Shown here: in pieces, positions 48,278 through 60,836 of the stretch
Layout: every line of letters begins with the position of its first letter
Position numbering within the stretch: the stretch's first letter is position 1
Assembly (NCBI RefSeq): GCF_006345805.1
Contig: NC_043014.1
Location: forward strand, 22,816,001 to 22,880,000
Direction: 5' to 3'
DNA from: Octopus sinensis
Lineage: Eukaryota
Length of the DNA: 64,000 nucleotides
Position numbers and translations under genes: made by a program
Notes under the pieces: generated by a model
The model's database searches: none
Told to the model about the DNA's origin: nothing
What the model saw: only the letters and a program-made list of their open reading frames with translations

Positions 48278-49100
48278 GGAGGTGTATGTGTGTGTGTACA
48301 GGTAAGACTGCATGCAGACATGTATATGTACATAAGTATGTATGTATGCATAAGTAAAAGATGAAGTATCAAAAGGATTCATCATCATTGTTGCTGCTAT
48401 CATCATCATTTTCATTTGACTGTAGAAGTTACCACTTAAGCACCTTTTGTAATCAGTGGTGGTCCCATGGTTAGGTGATTAGCCCTGGTCATTAATAAGA
48501 TTTGAATCCTTAACTGGAACTTTCATTCATAACTGAAAGGTCCAGAACTATCATAAGGTATCTTCTCAGTACTCAGACAATACCCCTGATTTACCATTAC
48601 TGGACTGTACTCTATTCATTGACCTCAAAAGGATGAAAAGTAAAGTTGACCTTGATGAGATTTGAAATCAGAGAAAACTTCTCTTCAGTCAATGTGAGTA
48701 TAAATCATCATATTTAATGATCTGCGAGACAGTGTAAAAATGTTTCTTTTCCTAATTCTCACTTTGGTGAGTTGCTGACTGTGGCAAAATATTCTCAGCA
48801 AAGTATCCAAATTAAATTTGTGGAAGCCAGCCATATAAAACAAATACAAAGAAGGAATTTCTTCATGGTTGCTCTTTCTGCAAGAAATAACTGCCAAATT
48901 TTCCTCAAATCTTATACAAAAGTCATGGTTAATATAATTCCTATTCTTGTTCTTTCCTGTCTTGCAAGAAACTTGGTAACCAACCTCACTAGTGCCCGTA
49001 GCATGAAATAAACAGCATCCAATAGACTGTAAAGTGGTTGATGTTAGGAAGTGTATCCACTCATAGAATCCACGCTAAAGCTGACATGAAGCACAATGTA

Positions 49101-49900
49101 TGAGGGTGGGCTGAAAAGTTCATAGGCTGATTATGAAGGAGTAATGCTTGAGCTGTGAAATCTTGCATGCATTAATTTCAACTGTTCTTATTAATAACTG
49201 TATTGTCTCTTTCCAGGCAAACTGACATCTGAAGATTTTAAAGTAACTAGTAATGACTGCTCTTGAAAATAGACAAACTCTAGCCTAGTGGTTATCAAAT
49301 ACCAACAGAAAAAGGGTTTAGCCCTAGAGTCATTCATATTGACGTGCTTGCTAGGGGATGATACTCCAGCTTTTTACAACAGCCCAAAAGTGGGCAGTTG
49401 AATTTAGAAGGAGAATGGTGAGTCTTGAAGGTAACCCAACGTATTCATGTCCTGCAACTGCCACCACCAAGAAAAACATTGATCATGTTCACCACAGGTA
49501 ATGGACGACAGACAATTGACTATAAATCAAATAGCCAATGCTATATGCATATTCTGTGAGAAAGCTGAGAATACTGTGCACAATGGACTTGGTATGACGA
49601 GGGTTTTTTATTCGCTGGGTGCTGCATCTTCTGACACCTGATCATATCACGGGGAAAATCTGACACTGTTTGAGATAGATCCAGATGGTTTCCTTCAAAA
49701 TTTCCAAACCAAGGGTGAATGTTTGAACCAGAGACAAAGAGGCAATTCATGCAGTGGAAACACTCCTCCTTTCCTGCTTTAAAGAAGGCCAAGGTTGTTT
49801 CATCTGCAGGGAAAGTGATGGCCTCAATTTTTTTAGGGATGCAAAAGGCATTGTGCTTAGTGACTATCTTCAGATGGGTCATACCATCAATGACTGCTTG
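49101..49900 (+). mobile_element. mariner-type transposon relic
   Basis: TA followed by TGAGGGTGGGCTGAAAAGTT (TIR-like); peptide FEPETKRQFMQWKHSSFPALKKAKVVSSAGKVMASIF. Confidence 0.8.
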
Positions 49901-50564
49901 AATTTCATTGATCGTAACTCTACTTCATTCAGGGACGTCCTGGGGTTGAACTAACAATGATTGAAACTGATCAGGCCAGCTCTGATCAAGTAGACTTAAA
50001 TAACCACAAAGAAATTCTCTGGTTGAACTTGATTCCACATACTCACAAGTTCTTGTGCCTTGTGAGTGTGTAGAATCAAGTTCAACTCTTAACGTAGGTG
50101 TAAAGTTGGGAAGAAGGATGAGTGAAATTGGTTTGTCTCTGATACACTACATCAGTGTTTCATAACCTTTTACTACAGAGACTTATTTTGGTCAGTCAGT
50201 TCCTTCCCATGACCCCTTTTTAGATAATTAAATAAAAACATGAAAACTCATTGCAAGAGTGAGGCTTTCTTTTTTGTTATTCTTTGCTAAATGTTAAAAA
50301 AAAATGAGTTTACATTGCTTAGAAAATTTTAACTGAGCTAAGAAGTGAAGTTTCTTGTTTTGCATAGTTGTGGTTCTGGTTGTTGATTCTTGATAGACAG
50401 CAGTTACAGGGATTCAACATAGAGAGACAGATGGGAGAATCACAGGCACCAAATTGCCTCTTCCCTTCCCTCCCCACAGAGCTATGGTGAAGATTAAAAT
50501 ATTATCCTACATTACCTAAAATATCATCTATAAAAACAACTTTCCAAAAATATTCTATTTAAAT

Positions 50565-51045
50565 CAGTGGTTCTCAGCTGGGGTCCATATAACCATTCAG
50601 GGTCCACATAAGAGTCTGTTGTTAAAATTTATCTGCAATAAATTAGTTATACCTCTACAATAAATGGCGGTGCCCCAGCATGGCCACAGCTCATGAGCTG
50701 AAACTAGAATCAATCAATCAATCAATACACAAAATATCTTAACTTTTCAATACAATTCTTAATAATATTTATTTATTAAAATATGATATAATTTTGGGGG
50801 ATGTACTTGCATAGCAAGTGACCTGACCTGAGATCGTGTATTTAAGAAACACACAAAAACCGTTAGATTCACTTCAACATTTAAATTAAATTTGCCAAAA
50901 TATTTTCGTCGCTTTGAGACCACGACCTGTTCACTGACAAAATTCTGTGATATAATTTTTAAAATATCAAATGGCTAGGTGGGTTCATCTGAGTAAAATA
51001 GGAATCAAAGGGAGTCTACAGGTAAAAAATAGTTGAGAAATACTG
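50565..51045. mobile_element. Charlie-type hAT MITE carrying nested SINE-tail and PLE-end fragments
   Basis: TIRs CAGTGGTTCTCAGCT / AGTTGAGAAATACTG; 8-bp TSD ATTTAAAT / ATTTAGAT. Confidence 0.75.
50891..50941 (-). ncRNA. Minimal hammerhead fold with a G3:C8 swapped core
   Basis: UUUGUCA-GUGAACA-G-GUCGU(GGUCUCAAA)GCGAC-GAAA-AUAUU-U-UGGCAAA. Confidence 0.6.
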
Positions 51046-51469
51046 ATTTAGATGAAGTTCATTTAATATCCAATACTTTTATTGGTGATTAATTCCTCAT
51101 TTTCTGTTAGCATAAATGGATTGTGGCTCTCAATACACCCATATTATTTTGTAGACCATAATATTCATGAACATTTTATATTTTGAATATTTTAAAAGTA
51201 AAAGATTTTGTCTTTATGTCATTTTCACAATTATATGTGTCACTACATCTGGGTGATGTGTTCAGCTGTACCCCTGTGACCCAATGGGCTACAGGACTCA
51301 CCATCTGGAAGAACTGGTATTTTCCCAGATAATAATTCTGCTCGAGATTTTGGTAGATGTCTGATGAAATGTTTGACTGACAGCATATGGAGATTTATCT
51401 TCACAAACACAGTAGGGTGTTTGATGAGATATTTCACTGACAGCATATCATGAAATACTTTAACTGGCA

Positions 51470-51980
51470 GCAGCAGTGGTGGTGGTGGTGGTGGTGGTGA
51501 AGATAATGATGGTGATAGTGGTGTTGGTGATGATGATGGTGAGGGTGGTTATGACAGAGGTGATTGTAATCATGGTACTTGTAGTAGTGATGAAAATGAA
51601 TTGGTGATGGAACTGGCAGGGGTGATAGAACTAATGATGTTATGATGATGGTGGTGGTAGTGGTAGTGGTGGTGGTGGTATGGTAGTTGTGATGACGTGG
51701 TGGTGAAGTGATAGAGTGATGGTGATGGAAGTGGTAGTAGTGATAATGGCAATGTGGTGATGACAGTATGTTGTTATTGTGGTGGTGGTGATAGTCAAAC
51801 AAAAATGATGGAGAATTTTGATGATAAAAAAGATGGCATCATTGATGGTATTGATGAAAAGAGGAGAGGATGAAGGACAGAAGAAAGCTTTGATGATAAC
51901 TTGACAATGAGAAAAGAAGTCATCAATGTTGTCACCATTATTATTGTCATCATCATCATCATCATCATCATCAAGATCAT
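51470..51980 (+). repeat. Compound (GGT)/(GAT)/(CAT) trinucleotide low-complexity tract
   Basis: Read directly. Confidence 0.9.
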
Positions 51981-52719
51981 GTTGCTCATGACAATGACTA
52001 CATTGATAATGCTAAGTATGATGACATAAAATGCTGTTTTTTTTGTAAAAATATAATTTAATTTATATACATTTTATTTATGATGTTTCTCTTTTTTATT
52101 TCTCCATTTTCTCCTTTTTTACTTCCTCTAAGGAAGGAGATTATGTTTTCATTTATATATGTTTCATGATGTACAATTTGAATAATGGTACCAACCCACA
52201 GCTCCAGATATAACTGGTCAAAAGAATATAATATCAAAACGGAAATTAGACGCTAAATATAAAATAAATAAGACAAAAATACAATGAATATATACATAAA
52301 AATTTTACATAAAAATATATACTTAATATATATATACATACAAATTTTTAAAACTTTCCTCTCATGCTCTTTTTCTCCTATCATTTTTTTTATTTGTGTT
52401 TTATTTTGTTCTTGCAAACTCTAAGTCTGTTGATTCCCACCTTAAACTACTACATACAAGCCATAAACTAGGAGGAACATATGTGCAAAGTACGTTCCAG
52501 ATGGTTGCATACCGGGAACATTAACACTGTATGGGTGGTGGTTTACTTAGAAGAATGCTTCTGTGTGAGAAAAAACAAAAACAATCAAACAAAAAAATAA
52601 CAAAAGCACAAAAAATACCCACAACAAAAATGGTTTCTTGCATGTTAATCTGATTATTTTATATGCAGCAATATATATCAGACATTATTTCAAAGAAAGA
52701 AAAAGTGAAGTTATTCAAG

Positions 52720-52746
52720 TAGTCTCTCTCTCTCTCTCTCTCTCTC

Positions 52747-52778
<32 letters not shown>

Positions 52779-52993
52779 TCTTCTCTCCTTCTCTCCTCAT
52801 CTCACTCCTCTCTCTCCTTCTCTCTCTCTCTCTCTCTCCTCCTTCTCTCTCTCCTCTATCGCTCTCTCTCTCTCTCTCATCTCTCTCTTCTCCTCCTCCT
52901 CTCCTCTCTCTCTTTTCTCTTCCTCTCTCTTCTCTCTCTTCTTTGCTCTCCCTCTCTTCTCTCTCTTTCTCTCTCTCTTTCTCTCTCTTCTCG

Positions 52994-53033
<40 letters not shown>

Positions 53034-53045
53034 TTCTCTATCTGT
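52720..53045 (+). repeat. Long imperfect (CT)n tract
   Basis: Read directly. Confidence 0.95.
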
Positions 53046-53199
53046 GTGTGAGTGTATGTATATGTATATGCATATTATACACACACACTCACATAATATT
53101 AATATAAGAAAAAATAACTCAAATATTGGCTTGGCCTTTCGATTTTTGTTGAGACTAAATTTCAAGCACTCTAGTAAGCACCCAACTTCAGTCTACCTC

Positions 53200-53660
53200 T
53201 GCAACAGTGCAGGAAATGTTTAATCACAGCCAGCAAAAATCAACACATCAAGCAACTTGTGAAAGGGGACTGACAAGACACACAATACTTACGGTGTTGT
53301 ATAAAGAATTGAATTTTCGTCTGTGGAAACCCAATTACATGCAGGAGCTAAAGCTTGAAGATTGTGACCCCAGATGTCCCGAAGTTCAGAAGTCCAAGAG
53401 GTCCTGATCTCACTCCATGTGATTTTTTTACCTGTGAGGTTACACAAAAGAGGTGTACAAGACAAAACCTCGCACACAGGAGGACACAGATTCAGGAGGT
53501 TCTCAGTGATTTCCCAGATGACATCCTTCAGAAGGTTGTTCATTCCATCCCTGGCTGTTTGAGGAAACTGGTTGATGCCACCAGTGCTTACATTGAAATA
53601 GTAAGATTTACTTTCATTTTCCCATGTAATAAAGGACATGTATCATTTGTTTCAATAAAT
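53200..53660 (+). mobile_element. Internally deleted Tc1/mariner-superfamily relic
   Basis: FNHSQQKSTHQA...LNFRLWKPNYMQEL joined to SPRGPDLTPCDFF (WPPRSPDLTPCDFF motif). Confidence 0.7.
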
Positions 53661-53851
53661 TTGTAAAAGGAATATGATTTTATTACCAATTTTTAATGAC
53701 TACTTACTTTTCCCTCATCCTATATATACACACATGTATTTATACTAAATTGTTTGGTTTTTATACAATTTTATATTTTTATATTCATTTTATGATCATA
53801 TTATTTGCTGCTGTTGTTGCCATTGTCATTATTATTATTAAAGTTGTTTTA

Positions 53852-54070
53852 GGCAGTGAGCTGGTAGAATCATTAGCACACCGGGCAAGATGCTTAGCTG
53901 CATTTCATCCGTCTTTACATTCTGAGTTGAAATTCCGCTGTGGTTGACTTTACCTTTCATCCTTTCAGGGTCGATAAATTAAGTACCAGTTGAGTACAGG
54001 GATTGATGTGATTGACATATGCCCTCTTCCAACATTTCAGGCCTTGTGCCTTTAGTAGAAAGGATTATTA
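53852..54070 (+). mobile_element. tRNA-derived SINE (same family as 55730), followed by a second decayed head
   Basis: GGCAGTGAGCTGGTAGAATC...GAGTTGAAATTCC...CTTTCATCCTTTCAGGGTCGATAAATTAAGTACCAG. Confidence 0.8.
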
Positions 54071-54329
54071 TTATAATTGTTAAGTAAGTAAGCTGGCAGA
54101 ATCATTAACACACTAGACAGAATGCTTAGCAGCATTTCATCTGCTTTTAGATTTTCAGCTCAATTCCATCAAATTCCATCAAGGTTGATGTTGCCTTTCA
54201 TTGTTTTGGAGCTCAAACTAAGTAAAATTTCCATTTTCCATGCATACAGGCTTGTCCTTTCAGGTACCAGTACCATTTAAATAGCACCTGTATTAATACC
54301 ACTTAAAAAGTGGTAGTTATGAGTATATG

Positions 54330-54542
54330 CTAGTGCTGAGTAAATGCATCCATGCTGGTGGCATATAAAAAGCACCCAGCACACTCTATTAAGTGGTTGG
54401 CATTAGGAAGGACATCCAGCTGTAGAAACCATGTCACAACAGACAACTGGAGTCTGGATAGCTCCCAGCTGGTCAGCTCCATATCCAGTCATCCAACCCA
54501 TGCCAGCATGGAAAGCAGACGTTAAACAATGATGATGATGAA
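54330..54542 (+). mobile_element. RTE-tail-type SINE/RTE 3' fragment (others at ~56390-56578 and ~62840-63032)
   Basis: TAAAAAGCACCCAG...AGTGGTTGGCATTAGGAAGG.CATCCAGC...CAGCATGGAAAG...(GAT)n. Confidence 0.7.
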
Positions 54543-55729
54543 GTACTGGGGGGGGGATGATGTAACTGACTTTCCCCTCCCCTCAAAAATTTGCTAACAA
54601 ACATTTGAAACCATTGTTACTGTTGTTTTTGTTGTGTTGAATTGTAAAAACATTTTTCGTCTCTTGTTAAGACAATTTAGTCAGGTATTACCAAATGGAA
54701 TTATTTTTGGGAATACTTGTTAAAAATAATTATGGTTTTTATTTTAATCATTGTTATCACATTATCTATTGTTATCAGATTCTGAAGCTACTTTTAATGT
54801 TTGAAGGTGATAATGCTTTGAAGCATTTGTATTTGGGATAATACTGTAACTGTACAGAAGGTTATATAGTACTTATAGAGAAAAATGTGAAATGCAAATC
54901 CTATATTTTCAAATGGAAATATGTATGTTGGAATACAGCATGTTCACAGCAGCCAATCAACTGTCCACTAAATATGTAAGCATACTATTTCTATGCCTTA
55001 CAGACAAAGCATTAATTAAATATTTGAAAGGCAGTTTCTTGCATACAAAAAGGTTTCACATTTGTAATACAGTAAGTTGAAAAACTTTGTGATTATTGTG
55101 GCCATTAGTGGACAAAAACCCTCTCTTAAGTTAGCTTAAAACCTAAAAACAACAAGCAATAAAAAGAAACTGACAACATCAGCTAAGTGAAATGTTTGGA
55201 AAATATAAATACAGATAGCAGTAAACCTTATTTTTAAAGACAATAGGTGAAAGTAAGAACATGTTTTGATCTTGTTAATCTCATCAGCAAAATATAATCA
55301 TCTCACTTGACAAGGCTTAGAGAGGACCAATGAGTGAATATAGAGATACAGGACAATGGCTAAGGGAAATACTGAAGAGATCTAATAAAATCAAAACACA
55401 TGTTTCTTTCGCCAGTTGGTTTTTAACATAGGATCTCCTATCAGCATTATTTTTGTTTTACAAATATTTCAATTGGCTAATATTAATGGATTTACCTTCC
55501 TTATTTATCGTTTTTAGGTTGTAAGCACCCTTAAGTGGAGTTTTTCATTACTAATTGCAAGGTTAATACCAGTTAATTGACATTTCAAACCCACCATATG
55601 TGTATTTAGTATGCACAAATGCTCCCCTGAAATGTTTTCACTCAATCATATTGAATGCTTAAAGATAAAGTTGACCCCAAAACAATTCGAATATATTGCT
55701 GTTGTGGCAATAAAATTAATGAATATATC

Positions 55730-55959
55730 TATTTCTTTACTACCCACGAGGGGCTAAACACAGAGGGGACAAACAAAGACAGACACGGATTAAGTCGATT
55801 ACATCGACCCCAGTGCGTAACTGGTACTTAATTTATCGACCCCGGAAGGATGAAAGGCAAAGTCGACCTCGGCGGAATTTGAACTCAGAACGCAACGGCA
55901 GACGAAATACGGCTACGCATTTCGCCCGGCGTGCTAACGTTTCTGCCAGCTCGCCGCCC
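55730..55959 (-). mobile_element. Young full-length tRNA-derived SINE with a 14-bp TSD
   Basis: A-box TGGCAGAAACG and B-box GAGTTCAAATTCC; CpGs intact; TTAATGAATATATC at 55716-55729 and 55960-55973. Confidence 0.9.
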
Positions 55960-56035
55960 TTAATGAATATATCATCATCATCATCCTCTACTTTATTAAC
56001 CATCTCTCATATTTTTATTAACTAACATCATATCC

Positions 56036-56066
<31 letters not shown>

Positions 56067-56829
56067 TCATTTTACTTTCGTTCATTTTTATGTCTGCTTT
56101 TCAATACTAATATTAAATCAGTGGTTTCCAACCATTTTTTTTTATCTATGGACCACTTTTATTACAATTTTATTCTGGTGGACTCCAACAGCCATTCAAT
56201 GTTTAAAAACTAGTTTTATAGAAACTTCTTTCAAAATTCCTATTTTGTTTTTCACACATTAACTTGTATAGGGTGAACTGTGTAAAACATTAGAGAAAGA
56301 AACCTAGCTGTTCTATGTAATAAATACATCCAAAGTAACATGGACCATTAAAATACTGCAGGGGAGCCCCACATGTATTTATTGGTGTGGCTGCTGGTGC
56401 CATGTAAAAAGTACCCAGTACATTCTGTAAAGTGGTTGGCATTAAGAAGGGCATCCAGCCATAGAAACCAAGCCAAAACAGAGTATGGAATCTGATGCAG
56501 CCACTGACCTTGCCAGTCCCTGTCTAGCCATCTAACTCATACTCACATGGAAAATGAATGTTAAATGATGATGATAACATATTGCTTATATACACACACA
56601 TCCATATAAATATAAACATTTTTTATTAGTTTTTTATTACATTTTGTGTTTTTGTTGTTGATGTTAAAATAAGCAATAAAAGCATATTTATTTATTTACT
56701 TTCTTTTCATGAAAGAAGGAAAAATAAAAATATAAATCAATGAAAAATGATTAAAAGGAAAATAAAATAATATAAGAATGTTTTTTAAAAGAAAACTAAC
56801 ACACTTTCCCCCAATTTTTGAAACATTCT

Positions 56830-56947
56830 TGATGATGGTGATGATGATGATATTGGTGGTGGTGGTGGTGGTGGTGAGGTCAGTTAGAATAGGTTCTGCC
56901 CCTCCTCCACCTTGTGCTATGTCAAATCTAATTCCGCACCACCACTA

Positions 56948-57025
<78 letters not shown>

Positions 57026-57060
57026 TTACTACTACTACTACTACTTCCTCCACCACCATT
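56830..57060 (+). repeat. Compound (GAT)/(GGT), then (CTG)n-(CTA)n microsatellites
   Basis: Read directly. Confidence 0.9.
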
Positions 57061-58379
57061 GAAAAAAAAGTAACAGATGTCCTTTACAGTATGGAATGGT
57101 GTAAACTAATACAGAACTGAAGATATTAGACTCCTTTCAGCCAAGAAAGTTATCCCTTACGTTAGTGGTGGTGGTGGTGGTGGTATTGGGGAGTAGGATG
57201 GTGAAGGCTATGATGAAGGGCAAGGGATAATGATGGTAGTAGTGGTAGTGGTGGTAGTACAGATACTGGTTTTTCATGCTGTAGTGGTGATGGTGATATT
57301 TTTAATGTTGTGTTGATATTGGTACTACTGGTGCTAGTTTACATGTTTGCAGTGGTGTGATGGTATTGGCTTTAAAGTTGAAGTGCTGGTGGTGATGATG
57401 ATGGTAGTGTTAATTTGGGTAGGGTGGGGGAGTTGAAAGTGATGGTGTTGTAATTGTTGGTATTGGTATCAGTGCAAGGTTGATGGACATGGTACTAGCT
57501 GTGGTAGTATGTTGCTGTTAATGATGGTGGTGATGATGTTAGCTGCAATACTGGTAGTAGTAGCAGTAGTGTTGATTGTAGTGGTAGTTTGACATTTTCT
57601 CAGGTGCTATTCTAAACAAAAAAAAGTGACTTACTCATTTCTGATACATAAAACAAAAAAAAAAGTCTGACTATACCCACCACCACTACTACTACTATGA
57701 ATAATATGACAACAACATATAAAAATAATTTGCTATAAAAATAGCGATAATAATGATAAAGATGTGGATAATGATGAGGAAGATGATAATAATGAGAATG
57801 ATGATGATGATGATGATGATGATAATCATATAACAAAAATGATAATGATAAAAGGTAATAATGATAATAATAAATAAATGTATAATTTCATAAACAAATA
57901 TTTCAGTGCATATACAGCACACACACACACATACATACACACACATATATAAACATGCATACATTATATGCACACATGAAAAAAACAGTTAATAAAAAGC
58001 CCACAAACCCCCTTCCCATACCCTTCCAACATATACATATCCTTAAAAATACAGCGAAAATAACAGCAAAAACGAAGCTTCTAATTTGCCAGTTGTTGGA
58101 ACGGAAGCCAAACATGAGAAAATATGAAATTAAAAAGGCAAAAAAAAAAAGGCACAGCAAAGTGAGAGGAGCAAAAACTGTACTAGCAGAATGTGAAATG
58201 ATGCACCCTGCCAGGTGCTTTGGGACTTAAGTAAATATTTAATTATGGAAAATTAGTGGTCAATGCACTCGATTCCAAACGACCATATGTTGGTGTTGTT
58301 TTGTCATCTTAACTCAAATTCACTTCAGTTCATATCATACTGTGGTGTGACTAGGATGTTTATAATCTAAACTGAAATA

Positions 58380-58406
58380 ATATACATACATACATACATA
58401 CATACA

Positions 58407-58440
<34 letters not shown>

Positions 58441-58515
58441 CATACATACATATGTAACAGCTCTATATATATAAATATATATATATATAGGCACATGCAT
58501 ATGTATAACTATGTG

Positions 58516-58574
<59 letters not shown>

Positions 58575-58900
58575 CACATATATATATATATATATGTATG
58601 CATGCACATATTTATACAAGTACTTATATATTTGTATGCATGTATATGTTTATATTTATATATGTGTGTGTGTATGTATATATATATATATACATACATA
58701 CACATGTATATATACATATATGCATATATACACATATCTAAATACACAGATATAGTTATTATTTTATATAAGTGATATATATGTGTATGGTATACATTAT
58801 GTTATGCACACAAGCACAAACACATATAGAGGATATTTTGTATATGTATATATGTGTATATATGTATGTATATATATATATATATATATTTCAATTTCTG
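58380..58900 (+). repeat. (TACA)n and (AT)n microsatellite field
   Basis: Read directly. Confidence 0.9.
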
Positions 58901-59049
58901 TCTGCCAGCCTCACTCACAAGGTTGTGCTCAGCCCAGCATTATAGTAAAAGACATTTGTCCAACATGCTGAAACTATAGTTAGGAGGAAAACTTCTTAGC
59001 CACACAACCAGGCCTTCACCTGTGTGTGTGTGTGTTATGTGGTTAATTG

Positions 59050-59283
59050 AATGCTTACCATCCGTCCATGGCCAGCCCCGTCTGGCACATGTGCGGGTGG
59101 CACGTAAAAAGCACCCACTACACTCACGGAGTGGTTGGCGTTAGGAAGGGCATCCAGCCGTAGAAACACTGCCAGATCAGACTGGGCCTGATGCAGCCTT
59201 CTGGCTTCCCAGACCCCAGTTGAACCGTCCAACCCATGCTAGCATGGAAAGCGGACGCTAAATGATGATGATGATGATGATGA
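59050..59283 (+). mobile_element. Young RTE 3' tail (copy I)
   Basis: Near-identical to the ends of copies C and D; (GAT)n tail. Confidence 0.9.
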
Positions 59284-59329
59284 TATATATATACACACCA
59301 AATCATTAAAAGCTACAAACAACCTAAAT

Positions 59330-60010
59330 CACTTAAAAAGATTCTCACAAAGGCAAAATTGTTTTCTGAAATTACGGATGCAAAAGTAAAAAAATGTGGT
59401 AGACCGAACTGTGCAACATGTCCAAACCTGCTAGAAGGATCAGAATTCCTCTTCACAGAGGGACAGAAATTCAAGATCAAATCTAATTTTACTTGTGCCT
59501 CTGAAAACATAATTTATGTCATAAAATGCTCGGGCTGCCACCAAAACCACATGGGGTCCATGGGACTATCACTCAGACGTAGATGCACACTGCATCGACA
59601 ACAGATTGCATTCCAAGAATACAGAATGATACCCTTTAGTGAGCACATTGAGAAATGCGCAAAGCAACTACTACCACAATTTTTAATCTTTCCATTTTAC
59701 CAATGTGCTATCGGAACACCAACACAAATTAGACTAAACAAGGAAACATTCTTCATTGAAAAATACAAGCCCAAACTTAACCATTCCAACATTCTTATAC
59801 AGAGAAACTCACTCCAAAAGAAAGGCAAGAAATATTAAGCGATTATCTCCCTTACACCGGAAGAAATCACTTATTACCTCCCCTTATCTGGAACTCTCTT
59901 TCACTCTCCTTCACACTTCTCAACGTAAACATAACGATGTAAGAAATTTGAAAAGCTGAACGCAAAACCGGTCTTTCTTCAAAAACTATGTCATTGTATG
60001 AAAAAAATTT
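59330..60010 (+). mobile_element. Penelope-like 3' end: GIY-YIG endonuclease plus pseudo-LTR with a decayed hammerhead (59941-59979)
   Basis: CGRPNCATC...FTCASENIIYVIKCSGC...H.G...LRRR...HR...HIEKC...RLNKETFFIEKYKPKLN, followed by the pLTR motifs shared with 12820-13075. Confidence 0.85.
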
Positions 60011-60244
60011 ATAACATTCTTCAGACATAATGATTCAAATATATATTTTTTAACCTTCTAAAACAAGCCTTCTGTAGTTTTTTCACTTTTTACTATTTTC
60101 TCTCTATATATATATAAACACACACACACACACACACACACAGACATACACATGAGTGAAATTTTAATTTTCGCTACAGAATGAGCAAGTGAGTACTCAG
60201 TATATTTTATAGAGTATATAAATTATTTAAACTGAATTCCATTG

Positions 60245-60285
60245 TTATGACTAGATTTTCATGCCACAGCAATCATCAGGCATAA
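60245..60285 (-). ncRNA. Orphan hammerhead-like fold with an intact CUGAUGA core
   Basis: UUAUGC-CUGAUGA-UUGC(UGUG)GCAU-GAAA-AUCUA-G(U)CAUAA; helix III is marginal. Confidence 0.4.
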
Positions 60286-60800
60286 GTCTCATGTTTTCTG
60301 TGTATGAAACTCAAACTATGGGAAATAAACTCTGTGTGTGTGTGTGTTTACTCGCATGCGTGTGTGTGCATTTGGCATGAAAGAGAATTCAATATGTCAA
60401 ACTAAGCTTGGGTACCCCTAGAATAGTTATTCTGTGAAACAAATCAAACCCATTTCCTTATTTTTTAAGTCTGGTTCTTGCTTTATTGATTACTTTTGCC
60501 AAACCACTAAGTTACCAATTGCCAAGCAATGTGGGGAGACAAACATAGACACAAAGATATATGCACTTATATATATGTACCCACTCTCAGCTGTAACCAA
60601 GCTGGAAGGTTCAATATGTAATATGTTCTATTTATGTGAAAAATCTCATAAGTTAAATTTTACTCTTAATTCACATGAAGGAAACAGTTTTTTTGACATT
60701 ATGTAATAGCTTTGTTCTTCAAAAAGGTCATGTCTGAAACGGTTGTAATGAACCTCAACCCATCTGTGTTATTTACATGCACACACACACACACACGCAT

Positions 60801-60836
<36 letters not shown>

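Noticed and set aside
48685-49011. Overlapping ORFs 48772-49011 (+) and 48685-48897 (-)
   Set aside because: No motif is recognised in any frame and there is no splice support.
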